Assembly: GCF_009914755.1 (NCBI RefSeq)
Contig: NC_060937.1
Source: the human T2T-CHM13v2.0 reference genome, Homo sapiens
Reading direction: 5' to 3' (one strand)
Length of the DNA stretch: 64,000 nucleotides
Below are positions 1-11,923 of the stretch, piece after piece (position 1 is the first letter of the stretch; each line of letters opens with the position of its first letter). A program made the translations under genes and the position numbers. The notes under the pieces were generated by a model. It was not told the origin of the DNA. It searched no databases and was given only the letters and a program-made list of their open reading frames with translations.

Positions 1-204
1 CCAACTCTACTAAAAATACAAAAATTAGCTGGGCGTGTTGGCAGGTGCCTGTAATCCCAGACACTCAGGAGGCTGAGGCACGAGAATCGCTTGAACCCAG
101 GAGTTGGAGGTTGCAGTAAGCCAAGATCACACCTTTGCACTCCAGCCTGGGCGACAGAGTGAGACTCTATTTCAAAAAACAAAACAAACGAACAAACAAA
201 AAAC
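1..204 (+). mobile_element. Alu (AluS-like), right arm; left part cut off by window start
   Basis: CTACTAAAAATACAAAAATTAGC linker, right arm to CACTCCAGCCTGGGCGACAGAG, A/C-rich tail. Confidence 0.97.
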
Positions 205-1302
205 ACTTGGATAATTAAATTGCTCTTGAATGTGTATTGGCCAGCTAAAGCAAAGTATACATATGTAGTAGTTTCAGTTTAGACATATCAACAAAAGTAG
301 AAATATCAATGAAGAAGAAAAGTCCCACTGTATTATTGTGCACAGGATTATTGTCTTGACTAGGTCCAGTAAATATGGACACAAAATGCAGAGTATTTTC
401 CAACTATTTTATGTGACATTGGTGATTCTCCTTTTATTTTCTTTTTGCCTTATACCACTAATATGCAGGTGCATAAAAGTTGCAACATAGTTATGACTAT
501 AAGCCATAGTACTGGATCAAGAAGAAACTTAAACATTTACAGAAAACATGGATCTTATGACAGTGAATTGGACCTCAGGAATTATGAAAGAGAAATGGAG
601 CGGCCCTGGCTTAACTAAGCAGGAGATTCTAAAAGAAGTGCAATACTTCTTATCCACAGATAAACACAGTAGGTTCAGAAAGAGCTAAAATTACAAGGTT
701 TCTTGAAAAAACCATAAATAACTGCAATTGACTTCCATGTTAACGGTTTTGTCTGAACCAGGGTATACTTTCTCTGATAGTTTCCAGCCAATTAGCTTAC
801 CACTGGACAACATTAAGTCTTCTAGGGAGGAAGCCAGCTTCTATGGATGACATTTTTTCTTTCTCATGGATACATGGTAGGTGTAGTGTTTATGCGCGTG
901 TAGGTGTGTATGTGAGAAAGAGAGAGATCCAGAGACTGTAGGATTACCTTTTCTCCCACATAATTGGGGATTTTTTAAATCTATGTTTATAAGGAATATT
1001 GATCTATAATTTTTCTATTCTTAGATTTTCTTTTTTTGGTTTTCAATGTAATATTAGACTTTGTGGAATTCTCTTTTTTTAATCTATGGAAAAGTGTATA
1101 CAATATTGAAATTTTATTTTCCTTATATGTTTTATTTGTATTGTTAATAAATTAAGAAGGTATGGGTTTCTTTTATTGGGGAAAATAGTGATTTAACTCT
1201 GAATTTATTGGAAGTGTATTAGGGCATTTTGGATTTTTATTTTGACTGGACAATTTTAGTCATTTATAATTTATTGGATTTTATTTCTAAGATTAAATAT
1301 GT

Positions 1303-1567
1303 GGCCAGGCACGGTGGGTCATGCCTGTAATCCCAGCATTTTGGGAGGCTGAAGCGGGTAGATCACATGAGACCAGGAGTTTGAGACCAGCCTGTCCAAC
1401 ACGGCAGAACGCTTTGTCTACTAAAAATACAAAAACTAATCAGCATGGTGGCACACGGCTGTAGTCCCAGCTACTCAGAAGGCTGAGGCAGGAGAATCTC
1501 TTGCACCCGGGTTGCAGCAGAGGTTGCAGTGAGCCTAGTGAGACTGTCTCAAAAAGAAAAAAAAAAA
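1303..1567 (+). mobile_element. Alu (AluS-like) with a deletion in the right arm
   Basis: GGCCAGGCACGGTGG start, linker and A tail. GAGCC joins directly to AGTGAGACT, so the GAGATCG..CACTCCAGCCTGGG block is missing. Confidence 0.95.
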
Positions 1568-1898
1568 TGTATAAAATGTTTCATGGTATTTTTCTATTAT
1601 ATTTCCTATTTTTTTATTTCACTGTATCTGAAATGTTAACTTTCTCTTTGTTACTAATATTATTTATTTCTGACTTCTCTTAATCATTCAGGTCTTTTTT
1701 ATATAGTTCCATATAATAGAATCTTTTACTATGTTGTCCAGTGTATATCAAATAACAATTGTTTTACAGGCTCTGGACCTCAGAGACGATTAGACAATGA
1801 ACATTCTTTAACGATGTTGCCTTAACAATTCATATTTACATTTGGGTAGGCTGTATTTTAAATTTTCTGAAAATTGAACTTTTCCAATTAGGTGAGTA

Positions 1899-2241
1899 CA
1901 TGTAAACTTTGAACAATACAGGAGACTTAGGGGTGCCGACTCTCTGTATAGTCAGAAATCTGTGTATAACTTTTGACTCCCCCAAAACTGAACTACTAAT
2001 AACCTGCTGTTAACTAAAAGCCTTGTTAATTGCAAAAACAATTAAAACATATTTTGTATGTTACATACATCATATACTGTATTGTTACAATAAAGTAAGC
2101 TAGAGAAAATAAAATGTTATTAAGAAAATTATGTGAAGTAGAAGGAAGAGGAGGAATTGGTCCTACTGTCTTAGGGATGGCAGAAAATCTGCTTGTAAGC
2201 AGACGTGCACAGTTCATATCCATGTTGTTCAAAGGTCAACT
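1899..2241 (-). mobile_element. Tigger2-derived non-autonomous DNA transposon (Tigger2a/MER28-like)
   Basis: Degenerate TIRs: CTTTGAACAATAC at left, GTTGTTCAAAGGTCAAC-TA at right. Internal TTAGGGGTGCCGAC..GACTCCCCCAAAAC matches Tigger2 as recalled. Confidence 0.85.
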
Positions 2242-2339
2242 ATTTGCTGTTTAGGTTAAGTGTCTATCAGTGTAATATCATGCCTCAATTAGAGCCTCCG
2301 ACTCCTTTTGCCTACTTTGTAACTCCATTTCTTTTACCA

Positions 2340-2913
2340 ATTCTTGAATTGTTTTTCATACTACAATCTATGCAATGACTATATCCATTTTCCTAAGAGT
2401 CAAATTTGATATTTCCTTCTCCCTTATCTGCTATATCTAACCATTAATCAAGCTGTTTAGTTTTATTTCTAAATATATCTAGTGTCCTATTTTACCCCTT
2501 TAGGGGCCTCTATTGTATTCTACCAATTTATCTTTCTGCATTAACTTTGACCCCTCTGTAAACCATGCTAACCAGTGTAGCAAAAAAGATTGCTAAGAAG
2601 CAAAACTGACTATATAATCCCCTATTGTAAAACCCTGTATTGTATTCTCTTTTATCATTACATAAAGAGCAATGCACTTTACATGGTCCGTATTCTTCTA
2701 CATGATGTGGATCCTTCCCATTTTCTCACTCATTATGCATTCGTGCCTCCTCTCTAAGGTGCTTTGAACACTGACTTTCAATTCCAGTTTCCTTTCTGTC
2801 CCAGGATTAGGATGTACTTGGAATATTCTTATCTCTCCCTATTATTGTCCATGTTTTTCTTCCCATTATTCTCCGTATTTCTTGTCCTTTCTTAGGTTCG
2901 CAAATCAAATGCC
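2340..2913 (+). mobile_element. L2 LINE fragment (5' part, interrupted by the LTR insertion)
   Basis: Degenerate L2 3'-region motifs; continues after 3555 as AAATGCCGCTTCTTTAAGGAAGTCTT. Confidence 0.55.
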
Positions 2914-2921
2914 ATTTTTTT

Positions 2922-3554
2922 CTCTTCTTTTCATTTTAAATTTGGAAAGGAGAGTTTTGTTTCTAATAAAGGGTTATAGACTGCAGAATGCCCATTCTGA
3001 CAGGCTGGGAAGCATAGTCTCTGGTTGGAAGCCAGAAACAGACACTTGGAGGGAAAGCCAAAGGCAACATAAATTTGTGGTGAGCAGGGTGGCCAAATAT
3101 ACACCTCTAATAAGTTATAGGAGAAATCACAAATATTGATGAGAGGAGAAGCATGCACATATGCAATTGAGCATCATGTCCCCTTTGTTGGTCCCATGCA
3201 CAAATAATGGCAGCGTTAGCGTGATCTGATGTTGGAGTTTTAGGACCTTAGATGTCAAAAGGTGAAGCAGAGGACACAAAAACCCTTCTTGGACACATTC
3301 TCTGTAGACTGGCCATAACCACTCTGTCCTCTCTTATCGGGCAAAAAAAGTAGGGCAGCATCAAGAGGTTGATTGGGATCAGCGGTGGAGTTTTGGAAAG
3401 GGCTGTTTTCTGTGTCTCGCCTAGGGAAGAACGTCTAATGGAAGTTAGTGAGGGAGGGACTATAAATGAGGCGTGTCTGACCTCGCATGACCTAGGTCAT
3501 GGGGGGAGAACTCAGTTTTCAAGGTTACTCTGGGGCTCCCTTGGCCAATAGGAG
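2922..3554 (-). mobile_element. MER4-group ERV1 LTR (MER66/LTR48-like), truncated at both ends, with A-rich tail and ~15 bp TSD
   Basis: TTTGGAAAGGAGA..ATAAAGGGTTATAGACTGCAG..CCATTCTGACAGGCTGGGAAGC and GAACTCAGTTTTCAAGGTTACTCTGGGG..CTTGGCCAA are MER4-group LTR hallmarks; subfamily uncertain. Confidence 0.75.
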
Positions 3555-3775
3555 AAATGCCGCTTCTTTAAGGAAGTCTTAAAACTAGATGGTACTTACC
3601 TAAAGACACTCACCTCCATTACATCTATCGTAGTTCATCTTATTTCATGAAACATTTGGCTACATCACACTCCTGTCAGTGCAATGTTTGTACTATTTGT
3701 ACTGTTTTCTCATCTATTCTTGTGGTTGTTTTATAGCAGCAATTTAATAAACACCTTTGAGTAAATGAGTATGTA
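3555..3775 (+). mobile_element. L2 3' end (continuation of the 2340-2913 fragment)
   Basis: Ends AATAAACACCTTTGAGTAAATGAGT, like the L2 terminus AATAAATATTTGTTGAATGAATG. Confidence 0.5.
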
Positions 3776-4899
3776 ATTAATAGTTAATTTCTTTTAAATA
3801 CTTGAAATTTGATGAATTCATTACTTAATTTCTAGTCGATGACTTGGTAGTTGTTTTTTTGTTTTTATCTTTCTTGAACACACAATTGGGGGAAATGCAA
3901 GCCCACAAACAATGGCTATAACAACATAATGACAATGGAAGACTAATAGTAAGCAGCAAATTATGCGGTAATTATGAGGTACGTGCTATTTTTCATAGAA
4001 ACTGCAGTTGACATTATAGGTTTATTTATAGCTAATATTTCAAAGAGTGGTTATTTTAAACCATATCAGAAACAGTGACTTTATATGTTCAGAATTTACA
4101 TCCAGAGCTACCTATGCTACATTTGAATAAAAATGAGAAAAAAAACTGGTAGAAATTATATAATTTCCATTATTTTCAAAAATAAATAAAAATACAAAAT
4201 GACACACTACCACCATCCCCTTGCCTAACACACATTACATGTCAAAGATTCTGTATTCAAATAATTTTTAACAGTGTAAATCACATGATTTAGTTTTCTT
4301 AGTTAATTGTTGCAGATTTTTTTTCACTTATAGCAGATGTGTTCTTGAAAAATTATACCTATTGTAGAAATTTGGAAAGAGTCCTAGAACACCCAATTAT
4401 GTGAGAGTTATGGCTCATATAAGGGGCACCTACTGTTTTAAAAGGGAACATGGGATTTATAAATTTTCCACAAAGGAAGATCTGTCTGAAAGATTTAATG
4501 GGACTGGGATTTGAACAAAAGATATTTGTTTTGTTTTCTGTTTTCCTGACACTCATTTTGTCAACACCAATTAATTATTAAGGGCCACAGTGGTTTGGAA
4601 TCCCAGAATAAACATTTTACCCACACCTTCTGAATCCACCTGATGTACAGCCTAAGAAGAAATTCATGAAGCATTGGGCACGTTACCAGATACTTACTTA
4701 TTCTGGTCAATTTTTTAGTACTTGGAAAAGCTACACAATAGTAATATAGTTTTTCTCATTTAGTAAATCATGTTTTGTTTTTCAAGAGTAAATTAATTTT
4801 AAAAACTTACTGACATTATAGCATATAATTCATTGAATTCAATTTATTTTGTTTTTATTTGAGTAAAAGAATTTTACTAAGTGCACCAACGGATGATAT

Positions 4900-5240
4900 T
4901 CAGCTCTGCCCCAGAATTCTTAGCTGGGCAGACTAGTGAATTGTTTGTCTCCCAAAGCCAGTCAGTAATGACTGGAGGAGGAGACTGGGTTTTCAAGTGT
5001 GAAGACAGCAAGGCAAGTCTTCAAAGAACATGAAAAATCAAGAAAACATGATGCCACCAAAGGAACATGAAGTGACTGTCTTGTCACTGATCCCCCAAAA
5101 TGGAGCTCTACAAACTGCTTGGGAGATAATTCATGTTAATTGTTTTAAGAAGTTCAGCAGGCTACAAGAGAACAGACAGACAACCCAACAAAATCTTGAA
5201 AATAATACATTAACAAAATGAAAAGTTTAAGATACAAAAA
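4900..5240 (+). mobile_element. Old L1M 5'UTR/ORF1-start fragment
   Basis: Translates MKNQENMMPPKEH, typical of the L1M ORF1 N-terminus; decayed. Confidence 0.7.
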
Positions 5241-5289
5241 TCTCTAAATATGTAAAAGGCCTTAACTAATCCCATCTTGATTTACACTC

Positions 5290-5750
5290 TATCTTCTTCC
5301 TTGTGTTTCAGCAGATATCCTTCTTGTGAGTTCTTAAATATACTCAACATGGTTTTGACTCAGAACATATGTTCTTGCTGATTCTTCTGCCTAAGAATGA
5401 TATTAGTGGGCGTCATAATAAATTATTCTTTCAAATATGACTTACTCAAGGCTTCCCTCATCACAGCATTTAATATAGCAGCTGCCTTTATCACTTTCTA
5501 TCATCTTACTCTGTTCTATTGTTTTCTTATAGATTTTATCACTACATAACATTTTGTATTATCTTTATGTATTTTTTGTCTTTGTCAATAAAAATGTAAG
5601 CTCACTTGATATATAGCTAAATAGATAGATACACATGTGGATGTAGATATAGATATCAGTGTCATATGCTTAATACTTTTAAAAGCATCTTTTAAGTATC
5701 TCATACTGAATAGCTATTTGCTGAATGATTAATAAAGGAATGAATGAATT
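5290..5750 (+). mobile_element. L2 3' fragment
   Basis: Ends TATTTGCTGAATGA..GAATGAATGAA; AATGTAAGCTC motif. Confidence 0.6.
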
Positions 5751-5989
5751 TTAATGTGGTGAAGAGGTGATCTAATCTTGAATAAAGAATGAAGACAGCA
5801 GTCAATTATTCTGGACATAATATCATGAAAAAAGCAACAGGGTCTAGACTGTGTTTAGAAATTGGTTACAAGATACAAGTCTCCACAAAAGTGAACCAAG
5901 ATTCTTGAACAAAAGGAAAATATAAGTAATTGGTAATAAAGCATTAAATATAAATAAAAATCCATGAGTTTTTAGAGATGAACCTATTT

Positions 5990-7940
5990 GCAATTTACTC
6001 TAATAGTGGATACATTAACTTATGCATTTGTCAAAATAAATGGAATTTTACAGCAAAAAGTATGAATCAATGTATTCATTAAAAATTATTTAAGAAATTG
6101 GGAGGACACAGGATGCAATGAAAAATGTAACAAATCATTCTAACTGTATGTAACTAAAGGTGGTAGGACAAATAGGTGCTGACCTAAGTAACTTTGGAAA
6201 TGAGTGGTCTGTAAAACTAATGGCAAATAAAAACTTTACATAAAAACTTTACAACGTTACCCTGTGTAAATTTGTGTCACACAGGGTAACGATTAACAAT
6301 TTTGATACAATACATGTATATTGGAAATGAATGCTTAAAGAATGGTGGATGGTGTGAACAAGGTTTTTCAATGTTGCAATGGGAGTTTACAGATAGTCAA
6401 GTGGAAGAGAATAGAAAGATCTGTGTGGCAATGGATTAGGGTTTAGGGACATCAGATGAACTCACATAGCATCATATATAAACACTTAGAGACAAGTAGA
6501 AATAGTTGTGATTATATGCTTATACAAGTGTTAGTACATACATATATATTTTTATTCTCTTTTGTCACAGGACTGGAAGCAATGACATCCTAGTAGTAAC
6601 AAGCACAGCCAGTGGCCTTATCTTACTTTTTAATAATGTTTTTCATGAGAAAAATCAGGAGAATTGGCCAAATCTAGTAGTGAAACAGAAAATATACAAA
6701 ATTAGCTTCCAGTATATGATACTGGCAGAAAGTAAGAAAATTCTCAACACACACATGCAACACAACAAAAGTATTATGTCGAGGGGACAAAGAAACCAGA
6801 TGAAAAAACTACCAACAGATAAAGCTAAAATCATTTGAGCAACAAGTTAAATATAGTAGTATTGTATTTTAACCCAAAATATAATGTAAATTCTATGAGT
6901 CATGCTGTGATAGTTAATACTGAGTGTCAACTCTATTGGATTGAAGGATTCAAGGTATTGTTCCTGGGCATGTCCGTGAGGGTGTTGTCAAAGAAGATTA
7001 ACATTTTAATCAGTGGAGTGGGTGAGGCAGACCCACCCTTAATCTTGGTGGGCACCATCTTTTCTGCTGCTGGAGCAGCTAGAAGAAGGTAAGCAGAAGA
7101 AGGTGGAATGAGCAGACTTGCTGAGTCTTCCAACCTTCATCTTTCTCCTGTGCTGGATGCTTCCTGCCACCCTCCAAGATCAGACTCCAAGTTCTTTGGC
7201 TTTTGGACTCTTGAACTTATACTAGGTGGTTTACTAGGGGCCCTTGGACCTTCGGCCTCAGGCTGAAGACTACATTGTCAGCTTCCCTACTTTTGAGGAT
7301 TTGGGACTCGGATAGATCCACTACTGACTTCCTTGCTCCTCAACTTGCAGATGGCCTATTGTGAGACTTCTTGTGATCATGTGAGTCAATTCGCCTTAAT
7401 AAACTCCCTTTCATATATACATATATCCTATTAGATCTGTCCCTCTAGAGAATCCTGACTAATACACATGCTTATATAAATAAATGCTTGAATGGATAAA
7501 TAAATAACTGGGGAGAAGAAAGAAGTCTTGTTTTCAGAAGAACTACTAATAATTTATGTAGATACTCCCTTATTGAGAGGGAAGCTTACCCCTTCTTCAG
7601 TCTGAGCTGTGAATAGTGAATCCCTTCAAGAGAGTACAGAATTATAAAAGGGGAGAAAAACAGTAAGTTTACAATGGGAAACATGACAAACATTACCTCT
7701 ACCAACTAATAAGGTTATATTAACAGTGATAAGTCATGTTGTTAGTGTGTATCCTGATATGATATGATGAAAATGGCACTTCACCTTTATGGTCATCCTT
7801 TCTGAAACTCATAAACCCAATACAATTAGGATAAAAGTATAGACAAATGCAATTATGGGGCATTTGACAAAGTATCTGTCCAATAATCCTCAACCCTGTC
7901 AAGGTCATCATAAAAAGGAAAAGTCTAAGAAACTGTCACA
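5990..7940 (+). mobile_element. L1MC/L1MD-type 3' region, split by MLT2A2
   Basis: TATGCATTTGTCAAAA, GACCTAAGTAACTTTGGAAATGAG and AACAGTGATAAGTCATGTTG..GAAAATGGCACTTCACCT motifs. Confidence 0.65.
6906..7466 (+). mobile_element. MLT2A2 solo LTR (HERV-L), full length
   Basis: TGTGATAGTTAATACTGAGTGTCAAC ... CTCTAGAGAATCCTGACTAATACA; 561 bp; perfect 5 bp TSD CATGC (6901-6905, 7467-7471); AATAAA near 7398. Confidence 0.93.
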
Positions 7941-7979
7941 GGAGAAATAGGATGTGTGATACATGGTGGGAGCAGAGGG

Positions 7980-10450
7980 AAGGAAGCCTCAAATAATTTC
8001 CCTAAAAAAGCTACAGAATATAAGTCCACATACAAAACAAAAAATTAAAATACAACAAGCTATAGAACAGTATATAGATTTATAAACTCAAACATTAAAA
8101 TATTTAATAATTATAACTATGTATGAAGTTTTAAAAGACTAGACAAATTATAGATTATTAAAGTGACAAGGCACGGATGGAAGAAAACACGTAGCTTTTA
8201 TTAATGAAGAGTAATAGTGGTTTTAACCATACTTCAATAGAATGATTTAAATGATTAGACAAATATTCTTTCTTTGATTAGACAATGAAAGTTTACAAAG
8301 AATAAGTATGAGAAAATTATACATAAAATATAAAAGAGAAATAAATGCAATGCATGAAAGATGATAAATATTCAGGAGGAATACAGTGAAAAAACTTAAT
8401 ATACGCTTTACTTATAGAAAGAGATAATATAAGCAATGAAGGTAATCAATCCTTATACAGATATTTTGTAGAATCTATGGAAGCCACAAATACTCAGATT
8501 CACACAAAAGATAAAGAAACATATATATCCAAATTTGACCTGTTGGAGTAAAACCGCAAAATACAATTAAAGAGGAAAGCTTAAAATCTGCTATAAAAAC
8601 CATATTATCTGCAAAGAATAAATATAAGACTGATATTATACACTGGCATGCAGGCTTTGTCCCTGTCATGCACAGGTTCAACAGTGAGTCGAGATATAAT
8701 TTTCTTTTTCTGAGTATTTTTTCTAGGACAAAATTCACCCAAACAGGGATAGTAAACACCTTGCTCACTTATAAAAGGCATCTATTGAACACATTTTAAA
8801 AAGATATTCCAGGGAAAAAAGTTAGATTCACTTTATTTATTACTAAGTAGCAAGACATAAATGGCTGTTATTATTGCTGTTATTCAGTACAGTATTAGAG
8901 TGTATAACCAATGTACTAAAAGTAAACAGAAACAAGAAGGACAAGTTTTGAAATAGGAGGCATAAACCAATTTTTTTTTGCAAATGCTATGTGATTACAC
9001 ATAGAAACACAAAATAATCAACATTTTTAAAATAAAAAGGCTCAACACACAAACACACACACACATACACATACACATATATGACCAATGTAAAAACAGT
9101 AGGGTTTTTCCATCACAGTAATACACATAATAAAAAAATTCATTCACAATAAAAACAATCACCTTCAAGCATGTAAAAATTGATCTAACAGCAAACCCCA
9201 GTAATTTTACGGGAAATATTAACTTCCAAACAGAAAAATAAGTGAAGATATTTACTATGTTAATGAATGGAAGGATATAATATTATAAGATACATAGCAC
9301 AATATTCATAATGAATATAGTACAATTCTAATTAAAATTTCTACTATGAGGTTTTAGATTAATTATAAGGGTTATGTTAGAATATAATTGTAGAAATTCA
9401 AATAACAATAATATAACTTTGACCAAAAAAAGTAAAGAAAGGTCTTATCCTCACAAATTTAAAGCATGTTCCAAAGTTGTAGTTAGGAATAAAAGCTCAT
9501 TTAATTTTGTGGGAACAAATAAGTCAATAAAACTAAATCTAGAACTCAGGAACAAATTTGGAGTCAGAAACCCATTGAGAAATTATTCATTGTTAGTAGG
9601 TAATTTAGAAAACATAGAACAACAGAGAAATGTAGGTTGCATTCCTACTTGATGCCAAATACAGTGACGCATTACAGTGGATTAAATTCCCAAATATGAG
9701 AAATATAACAATATAGCTAGTAAATTATAAATTTGAAAAAGGATATTTTAAAAATAAATCCAAAAAAGCCAAACATATTAGAAAACTCTCAATGTATTTT
9801 TTGAAATTAAGGGAAATAATTTTTACTCAAAGAGATTACAGACAAAATTAATACACAAGTGATATACTGCAAATATTTTTGATCAATATCTAAATACTAT
9901 GGGGAAGATTGTAGAGCACACAAGAAAATTCATCATCAATACCACCACCAACAATATAAACAAATATTGTTTTGAAAATAAGCAAAACATACTAATGAAT
10001 ATGCATGGAAAAGTGATTCTACAAGTGGACAAAAGGTATATAAAAAAAGAAAAATCTTTTTAGTAATGAGATTATTGCAAATACAAAATTTATATTTTAT
10101 TGTTAATATTTTGCACTTATAAATGCACTATTTTTATAACCAGAAAAATACTAAAACAATAAAGTTGTTATGACTAAATATTGCTTAGATATGAAAAAAT
10201 GAGGGAAAGTGGAATTTTCAGTTAGATCAAAAAAGTGGAGAATAATCTGTCAATGTGAATTAGTTAACTGAGTATATATGTCAATACGAGATATGAAGGG
10301 CTTTGCCACATGTGTAAATTTAAATACCAACATAAACAGAAAAACTGAGCATAATTTTTACTCAATTTTTTGACTTGAAATTTAAAATGAAAAATAAAAG
10401 TGCAAAAGAAATACTATCTAGATCTCCTAAACCTGTCTAAGGAGATTTAA
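7980..10450 (+). mobile_element. Highly decayed old L1 (L1M/L1ME-type) ORF1/ORF2 debris
   Basis: A-rich strand bias; ORF2-like remnants such as TATTCAGTACAGTATTAGAG and TTTGCAAATGCTATG..TAGAAA; boundaries approximate. Confidence 0.4.
9043..9082. repeat. (CA)n-rich microsatellite
   Basis: CAACACACAAACACACACACACATACACATACACATATA. Confidence 0.85.
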
Positions 10451-11527
10451 ATAAGTTATATATAAATCCAATATAAGTCAGGACAAACTTTCATAAATCA
10501 AATATAAGTCAGGACAACTCAATCTCATTTTTTTCCAAGATGGCAGATTAGAGGCTGTTAGTGTGCCTCAGACACTTGGAAATAGCAAGATAGTGCATGA
10601 AAATCAACTCTGTGAGATTTTATTCAAGAAAGAAAATGGGAATCTGCTGGAATCATGAAGCACATTCTAGATCTGGGGAAGAAGAATGCCAGCAAACAGG
10701 CCCATGATGACAACCAGCTGATCAAAGTGAATGAAGCACATGAGAAAGGCAGAAAATCTCCCCGTCACTTGCCTTTTCACTGGAGAGTGGAACAACCTAG
10801 ACTGAAGGAGAGCACTTTGTTTCTCCCAAGCTCTAGAATTAACTTGGGGGACAGGCTATGAGATCTTTTGAGAGAAAGACACGAAAAAAGCACAGAGATT
10901 TCCCTAGAACAAGTACTGAGAAGAGGGTGACATTTTAAATTTAGGTACATACAAAGTAAGCCATTCTTTGTTGACCTGGCAGCATGGTAATGTGGGCGTT
11001 TTCATCTTGGGCCAGAGATTGGAGCAGCTGCTCTGGAGTGAAGTAGGGGTCTCCATAGCCAGAACTGTGGAAAGTACCTCAGCAGTAGGCACTGGAATTG
11101 TCACAAGCCTGGAGCAGAAGAACTGCTACATTTGTGGTTTCTCCTGGGTTGTGAGACTTGCAGATGGGGCCAGCTTGGCAACCTTGGAGCCAGTCTGCAC
11201 GTGCCACTGCAGGGTGCCTCAGCCTGCTCTCTTGAGACTGTGGTGTAGTGGGGTTCTCTCCACTCCACCCCCATGCAGAAATGCAGGCATTTGGAGCAAC
11301 CACTTGCCTGCACAAGCAGCCTGAGCCACCTCACCTTTCATCAACATAGATCACGGTCCAGTGGGGTCCTCTCTGGCTCATGCTCAGGCAGATCTCCAGG
11401 CATTTAGTGCACTCATTCACTGGAATCAGCAGCCTGACCATCCCCACCCTTCCTGTGCAGAGAACCCAGTGTAGGAGGGCCTCTCTTCTAAATGCTTAAG
11501 CAGATGTCCAGGTATTCAGAGCATTTG

Positions 11528-11923
11528 TGATATAGTGTGGATATGTGTCTTCACCCAAATTTCATGTTAAATTGTAATCCCCAGTATTGGAGGTGGGGCC
11601 TAGTGGGGGTAGATTTCTCATGAATGGCTTAGCACTATCATCTTGGTGCTCTCCTCATGATAGTGAGTGACTTCTTGTGAGATCTGGCTGTTCAAAACTC
11701 TTCGCTCTCTCTCTCGATCCTGCTTTCACTATGTGACATGCCTGCTCCTCCTTTGTCTTCCACCATGATTGTAAGTTTCCTGAGGCCCCTCCAGAGGCTG
11801 AGAAGATGTCAGCATTATGCTTCCGGTATAGCCTGCAGAGCCATGAGCCAGTTAAACCTCTTTTTTCTATAAATTATCCAGTTTCATGTATTTTCTATAA
11901 CAATACAAGAACAGCCTAACAGA
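11528..11923 (+). mobile_element. MSTA (MaLR) solo LTR inserted in the L1 5'UTR
   Basis: TGATATAGTGTGGATATGTGTC..CCAAATTTCATGTT..CCATGATTGTAAGTTTCCTGAGGCC..AAACCTCTTTTT..CTAACAGA; TSD ATTTG/ATCTG. Confidence 0.92.

Noticed and set aside
430-700. Possible exon after a pyrimidine tract (..AATATGCAG/GTG)
   Set aside because: No sustained ORF, clear donor site or homology; cannot be supported without transcript data.
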